This document shows, piece after piece, positions 50,256-61,107 of a DNA stretch of 64,000 nucleotides. Source of the stretch: Deinococcales bacterium (GTDB lineage: Bacteria > Deinococcota > Deinococci > Deinococcales > JAAFIG01). Location of the stretch: the NCBI GenBank assembly GCA_043778225.1, contig JAYWGM010000063.1, positions 17,107 through 81,106 of the forward strand, written 5' to 3'. The notes under the pieces were generated by a model. The model was given only the letters and a program-made list of their open reading frames with translations, had not been told where the DNA came from and did no database searches. The first letter of the stretch is position 1, and the number at the start of each line of letters is the position of its first letter. Both the position numbers and the translations under genes were made by a program.

Positions 50256-51674
50256 TTAACTCAAGTGGTACTGCGGCGAAATCATGGTTAAGTAAGCTAA
50301 GCCCTTTGCCACCTCTGGGGTGTTGCGCCCTTTGGCATAGGTCTCGAGCGCCCGACGTAAACTGTCGGTTGGCACAGCCCCAAGGTGGGTTTTTCCGACC
50401 AAATCAATCGTTTGGGCGAGGTCTTTACCCATCACCCACTCGAGCTTAGAGATTTTACGTGTTCCGCCACCTTGCAGATTGCCGCTGTTGCCTCGAGCCG
50501 AGCTAGGTAAACTGCCACCCGCCAGCATTGCCACATATTGCAAGCGATTGAGCATCGTGGTGTCGGCAATCCAGTCGATGTCGCCATCCCAACCCGAGAC
50601 ATCTGGCGGGAAAAATGGAATCTGTGCCATACGAGCTAAAATTGCCGATAAGGCTTTTTCGTGCTGTGGCTCGAGCGCCGCTTGACTGGCACGCAAAGAG
50701 CCAATCACAAACTCGAGCGGGGTTTTAATCAGTGCATAGCGGTTTTCGGGGGCATAAAATTCTGCCGAGGAAAAAATTTCACGCAAGAGGTCGCGGATGT
50801 TGCCTTGACTGCGTGTCCAGAATGCCTCGAGTTCGCTCAAGGTGTCTTGTGGGATTTTTGGTGCAACAAAAAAATTCCAGAGCTTGGTGACCATGTACTT
50901 GGCGGTGCTTGGGTGATTAGCCACAATCCGTACCACGTCTTCGCCATTCCAATTGCCAGTTTTCCCGAGAATTGTTTTGTTGCCGGTATCGTGTTCTTTG
51001 GCGTTAAAAACAAATTCTGGGTGCTTAATCGCTTCTACACCAGCATTGCGTTTGTAGCTAAAAGTCCAACCTGTAAAAGCCCTTGCCGCTTCTTGGATGT
51101 CGCGTTCGGTGTAGCCGCCGTGAACCCCCATGGTAAAAAGCTCCATCACTTCTCGAGCAAAATTTTCGTTGGGTTTTTTCTTGGTGTTGACGTTGTTATC
51201 TAAGTAGCGCAGCATCGCGGGGTCTTTGGCGACCTCGAGCGTTAGGTTCTCAAATTTCCCGAGTGCCATGCGCCTAAACAACTCGTTTTGGGTTTGTAGC
51301 ATATAGCCGTGGCGTACTTTGTCTAAGCCACTGACAAAATGCCCATGCCAAAAAAGCGTCATTTTTTCTTTGAGCGGCTGGGTGCTGACCCGCATTTTAT
51401 AGAGCCACCAGGCTTGAGCCACTGCAATGGTGCTGGCTACTTGGTTGTTGACTGGGCGACCTGCGGCTCGAACCGCCTCGAATTGTTCATCTAAATCGTG
51501 TGGGTTGCCCTCTGTGCCATCGTTACTCGAGAATGACAAGAGCTTTTCGACGGCTAAACTTGGTCCAAGGCGGCGTAACTGCTCGATTTCTTCGATGCTG
51601 CCACCAAAACCAGCGCGGCGCAGTAAATGAGCGGCATCTTCAAAGCTGTACGTTTGTGGGTTATACGGTTTCAT
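50256..51674 (-). CDS. DUF1800 protein, copy 1
   Basis: [46 protein letters not shown]. Confidence 0.88.
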   Translation of the reverse strand: MKPYNPQTYSFEDAAHLLRRAGFGGSIEEIEQLRRLGPSLAVEKLLSFSSNDGTEGNPHDLDEQFEAVRAAGRPVNNQVASTIAVAQAWWLYKMRVSTQPLKEKMTLFWHGHFVSGLDKVRHGYMLQTQNELFRRMALGKFENLTLEVAKDPAMLRYLDNNVNTKKKPNENFAREVMELFTMGVHGGYTERDIQEAARAFTGWTFSYKRNAGVEAIKHPEFVFNAKEHDTGNKTILGKTGNWNGEDVVRIVANHPSTAKYMVTKLWNFFVAPKIPQDTLSELEAFWTRSQGNIRDLLREIFSSAEFYAPENRYALIKTPLEFVIGSLRASQAALEPQHEKALSAILARMAQIPFFPPDVSGWDGDIDWIADTTMLNRLQYVAMLAGGSLPSSARGNSGNLQGGGTRKISKLEWVMGKDLAQTIDLVGKTHLGAVPTDSLRRALETYAKGRNTPEVAKGLAYLTMISPQYHLS

Positions 51675-51732
51675 TGTTCCTCCAATTCGGGATTTGCTAG
51701 TAGGATGCCAACCAGCCAACAAAAGTTCCCAG

Positions 51733-51792
51733 ATGAAGAACCGCACATTTTGGGTATGACAAACCGCACATTTTGGGTATGAAAAACCGCAC
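51733..51792. repeat. 23-bp tandem repeat x2.6 in a divergent promoter region
   Basis: ATGAMRAACCGCACATTTTGGGT units. Confidence 0.92.
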
Positions 51793-51814
51793 CTTCTCGA
51801 GTAGACTGTTTACC

Positions 51815-52711
51815 GTGATTGAAACCATCGAGAACGACCATTGGCGTTTAAGTCTGCATCCACAACTTGGCGCAAGCCCAACGGCTTTACAAGCCAAAAT
51901 TGGTGGAGTTTGGCAAGACATCTTGCGTCCGACCACAGACTTCGCCGTTTCCAACAGTTCAAAATTCTCGAGCTATACCCTTGCGCCGTGGAGTAATCGT
52001 ATTCCCAACGGTCAATTTAGCTTTGCCAATGCCCAGCACCAATTAAAAATCAACAGCCCCAAAGAACAAACGGCTCGACACGGCGATGTCCAAGACCGAG
52101 TTTGGCAAGTCTTCAATCATGGCTCGAGCCTCGAGTGCCATTTTGACTCGGGTTTATATCCAGACATTAATTTCCCATTTCCATTCTCGATGACCATGAC
52201 CCACACCCTCAAAGGTTCAATCTACCGCACCAGAATCAGGCTCGAGAACACTGGCGCTACTGCCATGCCAGCCGGATTTGGAATTCATCCTTATTTTTTG
52301 CGCCGTATGGCTGCGCCAAGTTTGCAATTTCAGGCAGATGCGATTTACTTAACCGACTCGAGCAATGTCCCAACCAAGGGTGCGACCAGTATCCCGCAAA
52401 GATTTGATTTTTCGACACCTAAGCCTTTGGATGATTTGGGTGTAGACCACGTGTACCAAGGTTGGGACGGTAAAGCCGTCTTGACTTGGCAGGATGCGGT
52501 TTTGTACTTAGAAGCCTCGGAGGTTTTTTCGCATTTTGTGGTTTTTACCGGCGCACCAGACCAAAGCATTGCCTTAGAGCCAATTACCCACGCCACCAAT
52601 GCCTTTAACTTGGCTGTGGCTGGGGTACAAAATACAGGACACCAGATTCTCGAGCCAAACCAAGTCTTGTCTGGCGAAATCTGTTTTAGGTTAGAGCAAA
52701 CCCCTGAATAG
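51815..52711 (+). CDS. Aldose 1-epimerase family protein
   Basis: PWSNRI, HG, GFGIHPYF, ALEP; TAGACT 7 nt before GTG. Confidence 0.88.
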   Translation: MIETIENDHWRLSLHPQLGASPTALQAKIGGVWQDILRPTTDFAVSNSSKFSSYTLAPWSNRIPNGQFSFANAQHQLKINSPKEQTARHGDVQDRVWQVFNHGSSLECHFDSGLYPDINFPFPFSMTMTHTLKGSIYRTRIRLENTGATAMPAGFGIHPYFLRRMAAPSLQFQADAIYLTDSSNVPTKGATSIPQRFDFSTPKPLDDLGVDHVYQGWDGKAVLTWQDAVLYLEASEVFSHFVVFTGAPDQSIALEPITHATNAFNLAVAGVQNTGHQILEPNQVLSGEICFRLEQTPE

Positions 52712-52740
52712 CCGAGCTAGTTCTTGGTCAATCTGGCAAG

Positions 52741-52772
52741 CAAAAACCTCGCGTATAAAGGCGAGGTTTTTG
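52741..52772. terminator. Bidirectional terminator
   Basis: CAAAAACCTCGC...GCGAGGTTTTTG between convergent genes. Confidence 0.85.
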
Positions 52773-52810
52773 ATTCAAGAATTACAACGAAAACCTGAAG
52801 TATTTTACGA

Positions 52811-53371
52811 TCATTTAAGCGCAGCTTCGATATTGGCAGTTAAAGCGCGTCCGCTTGAGTCATAACCAGCTTGGACTGCTGCAATTTCGCCACTGGCTTT
52901 GACAAAAACTGTGAATGGGATAAAGTAACTTTGGTCGGTACTGCCTTGCCAAATAGGCAGCAAAGGTCCAATTTTATCGTGGGGAAACGATGCGCCCTTA
53001 TCCTCGTACCAAACATTAAAACCAAGTGGTACAACCTTGATAAACGATTCGATTAAACTTTTGCGCTCTTGAACATTAACCCCAATCACCACCAGACCTT
53101 GATCGCGGTAACGAATTTGGGCTTTGTTCAAATCGGGCATTTCGGCACGGCATGGTCCACACCATGTTGCCCAGAAGTTATACACCACAGGTTTGCCTTT
53201 CAAGGATGTGGTTGAAACGACACCGCCTTGCAAGTCCAATAACTGTATGACTGGCATTGGCATTCCCTTTTCGAGTTTGATCGGTGCAGTTTGCACTGAT
53301 TGTGAACTTGGATTACAAGCTGCAAGTGTTAGTGTCCCAATAAGACCAACCAAAACGATTCGTAAAGTCAT
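52811..53371 (-). CDS. TlpA-family thiol-disulfide oxidoreductase lipoprotein
   Basis: LAAC lipobox; NFWATWCGPCRAEMP. Confidence 0.9.
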   Translation of the reverse strand: MTLRIVLVGLIGTLTLAACNPSSQSVQTAPIKLEKGMPMPVIQLLDLQGGVVSTTSLKGKPVVYNFWATWCGPCRAEMPDLNKAQIRYRDQGLVVIGVNVQERKSLIESFIKVVPLGFNVWYEDKGASFPHDKIGPLLPIWQGSTDQSYFIPFTVFVKASGEIAAVQAGYDSSGRALTANIEAALK

Positions 53372-53454
53372 GGTCAAAAGTATAACCTGGAACAAAAAGT
53401 AAGAACAACATTCTGACTCTTGCACGTTTCATGGTCAGCCGCCAAAATACAATC

Positions 53455-54012
53455 GTGAAAATTTATACCAAGACTGGTGACAACGGACAAACAGGTTTAT
53501 ACGGTGGCGAACGGGTTGCCAAATACGCCCAGCGTGTTGAGGCATACGGCACAGTAGACGAATGCAATTCTGCGATTGGCATGGCTCGAGCCACCATCAC
53601 CGATACCGAACTCGATACTGTGCTGGCAGAAATTCAAAATGCGCTTTTTGATCTTGGGGCAGACCTTGCCACGCCAATTGGTTCACAGTACGAAAAAAAA
53701 TTGGTGCGAATGGATGCCCAAGATGTGACTCGGCTCGAGAACTTGATAGACCAATACCAACTCGAGTGTCCAGAATGGAGTAATTTTATCCATCCGGGCG
53801 GCACACCAGCCGCCGCCACGCTGCATCTGGCTCGTACCATTGCCCGTCGAGCCGAACGCGAGGTGCTGCGGCTCGAGACGCAAGAACCCAGCAATCACGA
53901 TGTTGTGCTGTACTTAAATCGTTTATCGGACTTTTTGTTTATCCTTGCTAGGGTTGTCAATGCTCGGGCTGGAATGTCCGAGGCGGGTTGGCACGTCAAA
54001 GGGCGGCGCTAG
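53455..54012 (+). CDS. Cob(I)alamin adenosyltransferase, PduO type
   Basis: KIYTKTGDNGQT, AYGTVDECNS, RTIARRAER, YLNRLSD. Confidence 0.93.
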   Translation: MKIYTKTGDNGQTGLYGGERVAKYAQRVEAYGTVDECNSAIGMARATITDTELDTVLAEIQNALFDLGADLATPIGSQYEKKLVRMDAQDVTRLENLIDQYQLECPEWSNFIHPGGTPAAATLHLARTIARRAEREVLRLETQEPSNHDVVLYLNRLSDFLFILARVVNARAGMSEAGWHVKGRR

Positions 54013-54054
54013 TTTGTCATCGGCTTGTCAGGGCAACTTGGTGTAAACTCGAGC

Positions 54055-54867
54055 ATGGAAAAATACTTGGTTTCGGGTAAAAAATGGAAATTATCGAGCA
54101 TCAACCCAGACGACACGGGCAAGTTTAAGGGCGAAGCAGGTCGCGCCAAGTGCGAAGCCAAAACCTATAAATTGTATCAACGCATTGCCGAGTTGCAAGA
54201 ATTGATGTTTGCCAGTCAATCCAGAGCCTTGTTGGTGGTTTTCCAAGCCATGGATGGCAGCGGTAAAGATAGCGCGATTAAAAATATTTTCCGCGATTGC
54301 CCAGCCAGTGGCGCTCGAGTCACCTATTTCAAAGCCCCAAGTAGTTTAGAACTGAGCCACAATTACCTTTGGCGGATTCAGGCAGCTTTGCCCGCCAAGG
54401 GGATTATTGGCGTTTTTAACCGCTCACATTACGAGGATGTGCTGATTACTCGGGTCCACCAGTGGGTATCGGATAAACAAGCTGCCAAGCGCTTTATCCA
54501 TATTCAAGACTTTGAAACAATGCTGACCCAAGAAGGTACAAGCGTGCTTAAATTTCATTTTGTGATTTCCAAAGAAGAACAAGCGATTCAACTCCAAGAG
54601 CGAATTGACGACCCCACCAAGCGCTGGAAATTTAACCCCGGCGACCTCGAGGAACGTAAACTCTGGGATACTTATATGGATATGTACCAAGATGCAATGC
54701 GCCACACCAGCACCAAAGCAGCCCCGTGGTATGCCGTCCCCGGCAACAGCCGTTGGTACAGAAATTATATTATCGCGGGTGTGATTGTAGAAGCACTCGA
54801 AGCCATGAAGCTCGAGTATCCAACCCCCAAGGGCGAAATTGATTGGCAAAATCTCAAGGTTGTCTAA
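54055..54867 (+). CDS. ppk2: Polyphosphate kinase 2 family protein
   Basis: QAMDGSGKD, FNRSHYEDVL, KRWKFNPGD, APWYAVP. Confidence 0.93.
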   Translation: MEKYLVSGKKWKLSSINPDDTGKFKGEAGRAKCEAKTYKLYQRIAELQELMFASQSRALLVVFQAMDGSGKDSAIKNIFRDCPASGARVTYFKAPSSLELSHNYLWRIQAALPAKGIIGVFNRSHYEDVLITRVHQWVSDKQAAKRFIHIQDFETMLTQEGTSVLKFHFVISKEEQAIQLQERIDDPTKRWKFNPGDLEERKLWDTYMDMYQDAMRHTSTKAAPWYAVPGNSRWYRNYIIAGVIVEALEAMKLEYPTPKGEIDWQNLKVV

Positions 54868-54901
54868 TAGACATCATCTCTAAAGTTGTTTAAGGTGAAC
54901 C

Positions 54902-55324
54902 ATGAACAGTAAAACCATTCGTCCAACGGTTTTGGTGGTGGATGACGAAGCCAGTATTCGTCAATTTCTCGAGGTCATCCTCAGTGCCGATTTTGATGTG
55001 ACTTCATTGCCAGATGGTCGAGCCGCTGCCGATTACTTAAAACTCAATACCCCAGACCTGATTATTTTGGATGTCAATATGCCCCATGTTGGTGGCTTAG
55101 ATTTATGCGGCAAACTCAAACGAATGCTTCGCTTTGAACACACCCCGATTATTATTTTGACTGGTAATCAAGACGAGCGTACCAAAGACCATGCTAAGTT
55201 ATCCAAAGCCGATGTCTTTGTGACTAAACCTTTGTCGGGCAAGGGTTTTCTCGAGATTGTACGGCGCTTGGTGCGTGGTGAACAAGATAAAATTGAAGAA
55301 TTATTAAAACAAACGCAGTTCTAA
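54902..55324 (+). CDS. Single-domain response regulator
   Basis: LVVDDE, PDLIILDVNMP, PIIILT, TKP. Confidence 0.9.
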   Translation: MNSKTIRPTVLVVDDEASIRQFLEVILSADFDVTSLPDGRAAADYLKLNTPDLIILDVNMPHVGGLDLCGKLKRMLRFEHTPIIILTGNQDERTKDHAKLSKADVFVTKPLSGKGFLEIVRRLVRGEQDKIEELLKQTQF

Positions 55325-55371
55325 TGCGTCTCGAGCTATTGAGCCAGTTGCACGGGTTAGCTTGCGCCTCG

Positions 55372-55465
55372 TATACTCGAGCCATGAGTCGGAAGTCATG
55401 GCGAATGCCAAGGTGCGCCCTGCAACCCTAGTGCTTTTTCTCGAGGGTCGGGCGGGGCGTTTTTT
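55372..55465 (+). promoter_or_regulatory. Candidate metG leader/attenuator
   Basis: TATACT -10; hairpin GCCATGA/TCATGGC; GC-rich hairpin 55415-55460 plus T-run ~30 nt before metG. Confidence 0.55.
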
Positions 55466-55497
55466 ACGCCTCGTTTTTTAGTTTTACAAAGGAATCT

Positions 55498-57435
55498 ATG
55501 AATAAAACTTTTTATGTCACTACCCCGATTTATTATGTCAATGACGTGCCACACTTGGGTCATGCTTATGCCACCTTGGTTGCCGATACCTTAGCGCGGT
55601 ATCACCGATTGGCGGGCTATGACACCTATTTTTTAACCGGCACGGACGAACATGGCGAAAAAATCTGGAAGGTTGTCCAAGCCCTTGGGCGCGAACCTCA
55701 AGAATTTGTCGATGAAATCTCGGAGACTGGTTTCAAAGCCCTCTGGAAGCGTTGGGGCTTAACCAACGACGACTTTATTCGCACCACCCAATCGCGCCAT
55801 ATTGAGTATGTGCAGCGTATTTTGCAGCGTTTATACGATGCGGGCGATATTTACTTTGCCGAGTATGAAGGCTTATACAGCGTTGGCTCGGAGCGCTATG
55901 TGACCGAAAAAGAACTGATTACGGGCGCAGATGGTCTAAAACGCATTGCTGGCGACCGCGACCCGCCGGAGTTGCGCCGCGAAGCCAATTATTTTTTTAA
56001 GCTCGAGAAATACCGCCCATGGCTGATTGAATACCTCGAGACCCACCCAAATTTAATTGAACCGATAACTTATCGCAATGAAGTTATGGAAATGCTTAAA
56101 GAACCAATTGGCGACCTTTCGATCTCGAGACCAGTCGGGCGTTTGCCGTGGGGCATTCCGATTCCTTGGGATGTCGGCGATGTGACTTATGTTTGGTTTG
56201 ATGCGCTCCTAAATTATGTTTCGGCATTGGGCGGCGAAGGCAGCCCCAAATTCGAGCAATACTGGCGCAGTGCGTGGCACTTGGTCGGTAAGGATATTCT
56301 TAAAACCCATTCGGTCTTTTGGCTGCCAATGCTCCACGCGGCTGGCTTACCGATTTACGAAAAATTGGTGGTTCACGCCCATATTTTGGGGTTTGATGGT
56401 CGAAAAATGGGTAAGAGCCTAGGCAACGCCGTAGACCCAGTCGAAATGGAAGAAAAATATGGCATTGATGCCTTGCGCTATGCCTTGCTGCGCGAAACCA
56501 CTTTCCAAGCCGACAGTGCCTTTGGCGAAAAAATTCTGGTCAACCGCTTAAATTCAGACCTTGCCAACGACCTTGGGAATTTGTTGTCTCGGGTGCTTTC
56601 GATGCTCGAGAAATTTAACGCTGGTATTATCCCCACTCCAGACGTTTTCGAGGCTCGAGAAGAAGGTATCAAAGCGGCGGCGCTGCAATTACCAGTCACG
56701 GTTCTTGAAGAAGTTCGCGGCTTGCGGTTTCATATTGCGATCGAGCGCATCATGGAATTTGTGCGTGACCTAAACCGTTATGTGGCAGAAACCAAACCGT
56801 GGGAACTGGCAAAACTTGAAGATAAAAAACGCCTCGATACCGTCTTGTACACCCTTGTCGAAGGAATCCGTGTGGCTTCGGTACTGCTCGAGCCAGTTAT
56901 TCCTAACCAAGCTAAAGAAATTCGTAAGCAGCTTGGACTTGAAGCCTTTTATGTTCTCGAGCCAGCTTGGGGACTTGCCAAAAGCGGCAGCCAGATTGCG
57001 CCGGCTAATGTTTTATTCCCAAAAGTAGAAATTAAGGAGCTTGCCATGTCCGACATCATCAAACCACCAGAGCCAGCCGCCCAAGAAGTACCAGTTCTCG
57101 AGCCAATAGAGTTTATTGGCATCGAAGATTTTGCCAAAGTTCAATTGCGGGTCGCCGAAGTCCTCGAGTGCGAAAAAGTGCCAAAAGCCGATAAGCTCTT
57201 AAAGCTCACCGTGGCGCTTGGCGATGAGCGGCGCACGATTCTTTCGGGAATTGCCGAGTATTACAGCCCCCAAGAAATGGTCGGTAAGCGCGTTGTGGTG
57301 GTGGCAAACCTTGCGCCACGCAAAATGCGTGGTATCGAGAGCCAAGGCATGATTCTGGCTGCCACCGACGAAAATGGTAAAGTCGTGATTGTCAGTCCAG
57401 AGCGACTTGTGCCAAGTGGGGGAGAGGTTCGCTGA
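55498..57435 (+). CDS. metG: Methionyl-tRNA synthetase with C-terminal tRNA-binding domain
   Basis: TTPIYYVND.PHLGH, TGTDEHG, YVWFDAL, KMGKS, Trbp-like C-terminus. Confidence 0.97.
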   Translation: MNKTFYVTTPIYYVNDVPHLGHAYATLVADTLARYHRLAGYDTYFLTGTDEHGEKIWKVVQALGREPQEFVDEISETGFKALWKRWGLTNDDFIRTTQSRHIEYVQRILQRLYDAGDIYFAEYEGLYSVGSERYVTEKELITGADGLKRIAGDRDPPELRREANYFFKLEKYRPWLIEYLETHPNLIEPITYRNEVMEMLKEPIGDLSISRPVGRLPWGIPIPWDVGDVTYVWFDALLNYVSALGGEGSPKFEQYWRSAWHLVGKDILKTHSVFWLPMLHAAGLPIYEKLVVHAHILGFDGRKMGKSLGNAVDPVEMEEKYGIDALRYALLRETTFQADSAFGEKILVNRLNSDLANDLGNLLSRVLSMLEKFNAGIIPTPDVFEAREEGIKAAALQLPVTVLEEVRGLRFHIAIERIMEFVRDLNRYVAETKPWELAKLEDKKRLDTVLYTLVEGIRVASVLLEPVIPNQAKEIRKQLGLEAFYVLEPAWGLAKSGSQIAPANVLFPKVEIKELAMSDIIKPPEPAAQEVPVLEPIEFIGIEDFAKVQLRVAEVLECEKVPKADKLLKLTVALGDERRTILSGIAEYYSPQEMVGKRVVVVANLAPRKMRGIESQGMILAATDENGKVVIVSPERLVPSGGEVR

Positions 57436-59755
57436 CAAAAAAGCGTCTTTCTAGCCATTGATAAGCTGTGTCTGAATTGGCTGGCGCGGCAAAAATATAG
57501 CCTTGAATCGCATCGCATTGAAGGCGTTGTAACTGCTCGAGTTGTTTTTTGGTTTCGACTCCCTCGACAATCAGCCGTAAGCCTAGGGTTTTGGTCAGCG
57601 CCACGATGGCTTCGAGCAAAGCCCCAGAATTTTCTTGCTGCATAAAAGTCTGTGCGATTTTCAGGCAATCTATTGGTAAGCGATGCAAATATGCCAAGTT
57701 TGAATAGCCAGTCCCAAAATCATCAATCGCAATTGAAATACCTATCTGACGCAAGTGCGTTAAACTCTGGGCGATGTGCGGTTGGGCAAGCGCATCCTCG
57801 AGCAGTTCGATTTGTAAAAATTTTGGCTCGAGCTTGTGCAGTGCTAGGTTTTCTTTAATCAAGCGCAGCAATTCTGGCTTTCCGATGTCTGCCATCGGGA
57901 TATTGACCGAAACTGGAACAAGCACCAAGCCCATGGTGCGCCATTTTTGTTGCTGGGTACAAACCGTTTCAATTACCCAATTGGTGATTGAACCCATCAG
58001 CCCGCTTTCTTCGGCAACAACAATAAATTCGCCAGGCGAGACCAGACCAAGCTGAGGCGAATTCCAACGCAGCAAGGCTTCAAATGACTCGAGCTGCCCA
58101 GATTGGGTTGCGACAATCGGCTGATAATGGAGGCTCAGTTCGTGCTGGCTAATGGCGTTGCGTAAACACTGTTCAAGTTCAAAACGGCGCTCGAGTTGGG
58201 ATCGAATCTGTGGATTAAAAACCTCGATTCGTCCTCTGCCAAGGTGTTTGGCGGTGTACATTGCGGCATCGGCATGGCGTTGCAGGGTCTCGGCATCTGT
58301 GCCATCTTCGGGTGACTGACTGATACCTAGACTGGCACTGATCGAAAACTCAAGTTTTGAATGTTTGAATGGTTGTTCGAGGGCTTGCAAAATGTTGCGA
58401 GCAATTTGCCGAGCTATTTTTTTCTCGAGCAAGACGACCACAAACTCGTCACCACCGGTTCGAGCCACAAGACTCTGGTTTGGACTGGTCTTTTGAACCC
58501 GTTGGGCGACTTCTTGCAGCAAATAATCGCCAATTTGATGTCCTAGGGTATCGTTGATTTGCTTAAAACCATCAAGGTCAATAAACAAGACCGCCACTTG
58601 GTAGAGCGGCAGTATTTCCTCGAGTTGTTTTTGTAATAAAACCCGATTGGCAATTCCAGTCAGGGCATCGTGGGTTGCATTCCACTCGAGTTGTTGTGTG
58701 CGTTCAATGACGCGCTGCTCGAGACTTTCGGAGAATTGTAGCAATTGGCTGTTTAAGTACCGATTCTCAATAAACATCAGAATTTGGCGCAGCAAGACCA
58801 GAATAACCACCAGCAGCACACCAATGTTTAAGCCCAAATGTTGTACCTCTGGCATGGATTTATGGTCAGAAAAAATATAGAAACTGACCAACATAAAGCC
58901 AGCAAACAAAGGAGCGCTCATCATAAAAATTGAACCCAAGACCCATCTGTTTTTCGTGGGTTTATTTTCAGGTTGTGCTGTGGGCTGGATATGCCAGTAA
59001 GCGGCGCAACCAAGACAAACCGAAGACCACCCCCAAGCACTATCAAAAACACCAATTTGAGTCTCTGTGCCATAAGCGCTTTGGAAAGCAAAGCCAAGGT
59101 CGGCAATCGTTAAAAATAAGATGCCAGCAAAAAGCCAAAGTAGTTCTTGGCGAATGGCGGCATTGTTGGGGCGCAAAACCATAAATAAAATAATCGTCAG
59201 GAGTATCACTGCCCCAATTGGATAGGTGATCGAAACCAAAAAAGCCAAGGGAGCTTCGCCTAACGTCAGCATTTGTGCAATTAGATAATACCAAAGTAAT
59301 GTTCCGAGGCTTGAAATGACGATGCCAATGTTGAGCAGTAAACGGATAAACTCGAGACGGGTAAAAGTAAAATTTGGCAAATAAAATAAACCAATTGCCA
59401 AGAGTGGAAGACTGGCAATATAAAATACGTCCACCAAGGAAGGATAGGGGTCTAGCTGCAATACCGATTGCAAGATAATCCAAATCCCATCACCTATTCC
59501 AAAGCAAAACAGTGCTATGGCGATAAACCACCATGTCTGTTTGAGCCATGTTTTTTGCAGCGCCACCCGAGTGCATAAGAGTCCAGCCAAGATCGAACTG
59601 GGGAGAATCAAAAGGTCATTGATCAGACTGGCACGGGTGTCCTCGGGCGGATGTGGCAGAATCACCCATATTTGGCTAATCAAGGCAACAATAAAGAGCA
59701 ACCCAAATAGAATTGTACTGATGCGGTCTCGAGACCAGATAAAAGTCATACGCAA
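57392..59755 (-). CDS. Membrane-bound GGDEF/EAL protein
   Basis: Many N-terminal TM helices, GGDEF, EALLRW, DDFGTGYS. Confidence 0.92.
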   Translation of the reverse strand: MRMTFIWSRDRISTILFGLLFIVALISQIWVILPHPPEDTRASLINDLLILPSSILAGLLCTRVALQKTWLKQTWWFIAIALFCFGIGDGIWIILQSVLQLDPYPSLVDVFYIASLPLLAIGLFYLPNFTFTRLEFIRLLLNIGIVISSLGTLLWYYLIAQMLTLGEAPLAFLVSITYPIGAVILLTIILFMVLRPNNAAIRQELLWLFAGILFLTIADLGFAFQSAYGTETQIGVFDSAWGWSSVCLGCAAYWHIQPTAQPENKPTKNRWVLGSIFMMSAPLFAGFMLVSFYIFSDHKSMPEVQHLGLNIGVLLVVILVLLRQILMFIENRYLNSQLLQFSESLEQRVIERTQQLEWNATHDALTGIANRVLLQKQLEEILPLYQVAVLFIDLDGFKQINDTLGHQIGDYLLQEVAQRVQKTSPNQSLVARTGGDEFVVVLLEKKIARQIARNILQALEQPFKHSKLEFSISASLGISQSPEDGTDAETLQRHADAAMYTAKHLGRGRIEVFNPQIRSQLERRFELEQCLRNAISQHELSLHYQPIVATQSGQLESFEALLRWNSPQLGLVSPGEFIVVAEESGLMGSITNWVIETVCTQQQKWRTMGLVLVPVSVNIPMADIGKPELLRLIKENLALHKLEPKFLQIELLEDALAQPHIAQSLTHLRQIGISIAIDDFGTGYSNLAYLHRLPIDCLKIAQTFMQQENSGALLEAIVALTKTLGLRLIVEGVETKKQLEQLQRLQCDAIQGYIFAAPANSDTAYQWLERRFFVSEPLPHLAQVALD

Positions 59756-59800
59756 GGTCAGTGTATCAAAATAATGAATAGAACCTTGGTCATTTTATAC

Positions 59801-59835
59801 AGAAAAAAGCGCATTCTTTAAGAATGCGCTTTTCT
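59801..59835. terminator. Terminator after the BMP gene
   Basis: AAAAGCGCATTCTT-T-AAGAATGCGCTTTT. Confidence 0.88.
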
Positions 59836-59848
59836 ACTTCAAATTGAT

Positions 59849-60967
59849 TTATTTATCAGCCACGTCGAGTTGACCGTTAATGATACGAGCCTTAGCTGAT
59901 TCAACACCTTTGATTGTGTCTGCCGAAATCAGGACTTCGTTGTATTGGTCTAGAGCATAGCCAACGCCACTGTTGTCTAAACCAAATTCTTGTACGCCCT
60001 TAACCCAAGGACGGTTTTGGGCAATGCCACGAATTAAGTTAAAGACTGCCAAGTCTACGCGCTTGAGCATACTGGTCAAGACATAGTTCATGGTCTTTGG
60101 GTTCTTGTCTGAATCGCCCAAGTAGTTTTGGTTGCTGTCCACGCCAATAAAGAACATTGGGCGGTCGGTGGTCTTGCATTTTGCAGTGTAATCGCTTGGC
60201 TTTGCTACGGTACGAATCGCCGCGATGGCTGGTTTGAGCTTAATGCCAGCTGGTGGCTTTGTGCCACTGATGCACTTGGTATCCATCACGTATTTCAAAG
60301 CGCCAGCGCCCGATGCTCCGGCAGCAGCATAGATAATGTCTGCGCCTTTTGCACCTTGAGCCGCCGCAATTTCTCGAGCTTTGGTTGGGTTGTTCCAGGC
60401 TTCTGGGGTTGTGCCAGTGTAGTTCTCGATCGTGGTGCAAGTTGGGCAAGCGGCTTTGACACCAGCATTAAAGCCAGCGTAGAACTTACGAATCAAAGGA
60501 ATTTGCATACCACCAACAAAGCCAATCACGCCAGTGCTGCTGGTTTTACCGGCGATATAACCAACCAAAAAGCTACCTTCGTGTTCGCGGAAAACCGCAC
60601 CACTTGTGTTATCGCCAGTTGGCACATCGTCAATCACGGCAAATTTAACGTCTTTGAACTCGGCGGCTGTTTTGGTAATGCTGGCTTGGTTAGCAAAGCC
60701 GACACCAATCACCAAATCAAAACCAGCTTCGGCAAAGGCACGGATACCAGAGCCAACTTGGCTTGGGTCAGATGGCTCGAAGTCTTTGACTTCAACACCA
60801 AATTGCTTAGCGGCGCGGGTTGCACCTTCAAAAGCACTCTGGTTAAAGCTCTTGTCGTTCTTTCCACCAGCATCGAATGCCATACCTACACGGACGGGTT
60901 GTTGTGCGGTTGTCAAGCCGAATGCGAGCATCGCGGCAACTGCACTTAAAGCCATTGCTTTCTTCAT
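59849..60967 (-). CDS. BMP family (nucleoside) ABC substrate-binding protein
   Basis: GGKNDKSFNQSA, FREHEGSFLVG, IGVDSNQ, SMLKRVD. Confidence 0.92.
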   Translation of the reverse strand: MKKAMALSAVAAMLAFGLTTAQQPVRVGMAFDAGGKNDKSFNQSAFEGATRAAKQFGVEVKDFEPSDPSQVGSGIRAFAEAGFDLVIGVGFANQASITKTAAEFKDVKFAVIDDVPTGDNTSGAVFREHEGSFLVGYIAGKTSSTGVIGFVGGMQIPLIRKFYAGFNAGVKAACPTCTTIENYTGTTPEAWNNPTKAREIAAAQGAKGADIIYAAAGASGAGALKYVMDTKCISGTKPPAGIKLKPAIAAIRTVAKPSDYTAKCKTTDRPMFFIGVDSNQNYLGDSDKNPKTMNYVLTSMLKRVDLAVFNLIRGIAQNRPWVKGVQEFGLDNSGVGYALDQYNEVLISADTIKGVESAKARIINGQLDVADK

Positions 60968-61107
60968 AAATCCTCCTAAAACTTTGCGGGTAGTACCCGA
61001 GACGGATTATGGCATTTATCAAGGCGATTTGTATACGGATTAAATTTTAAGACTGGTTTCATGATTGGCTTAGGCGGCTTTGAGTCTCGAGCTAGGGGTC
61101 AATTTTC

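Noticed and set aside
60128..60949. 273-aa plus-strand ORF and similar long shadow ORFs (e.g. 20103-20774, 23165-23713)
   Set aside because: Antisense or off-frame shadows of clearly assigned genes, with no recognisable motifs
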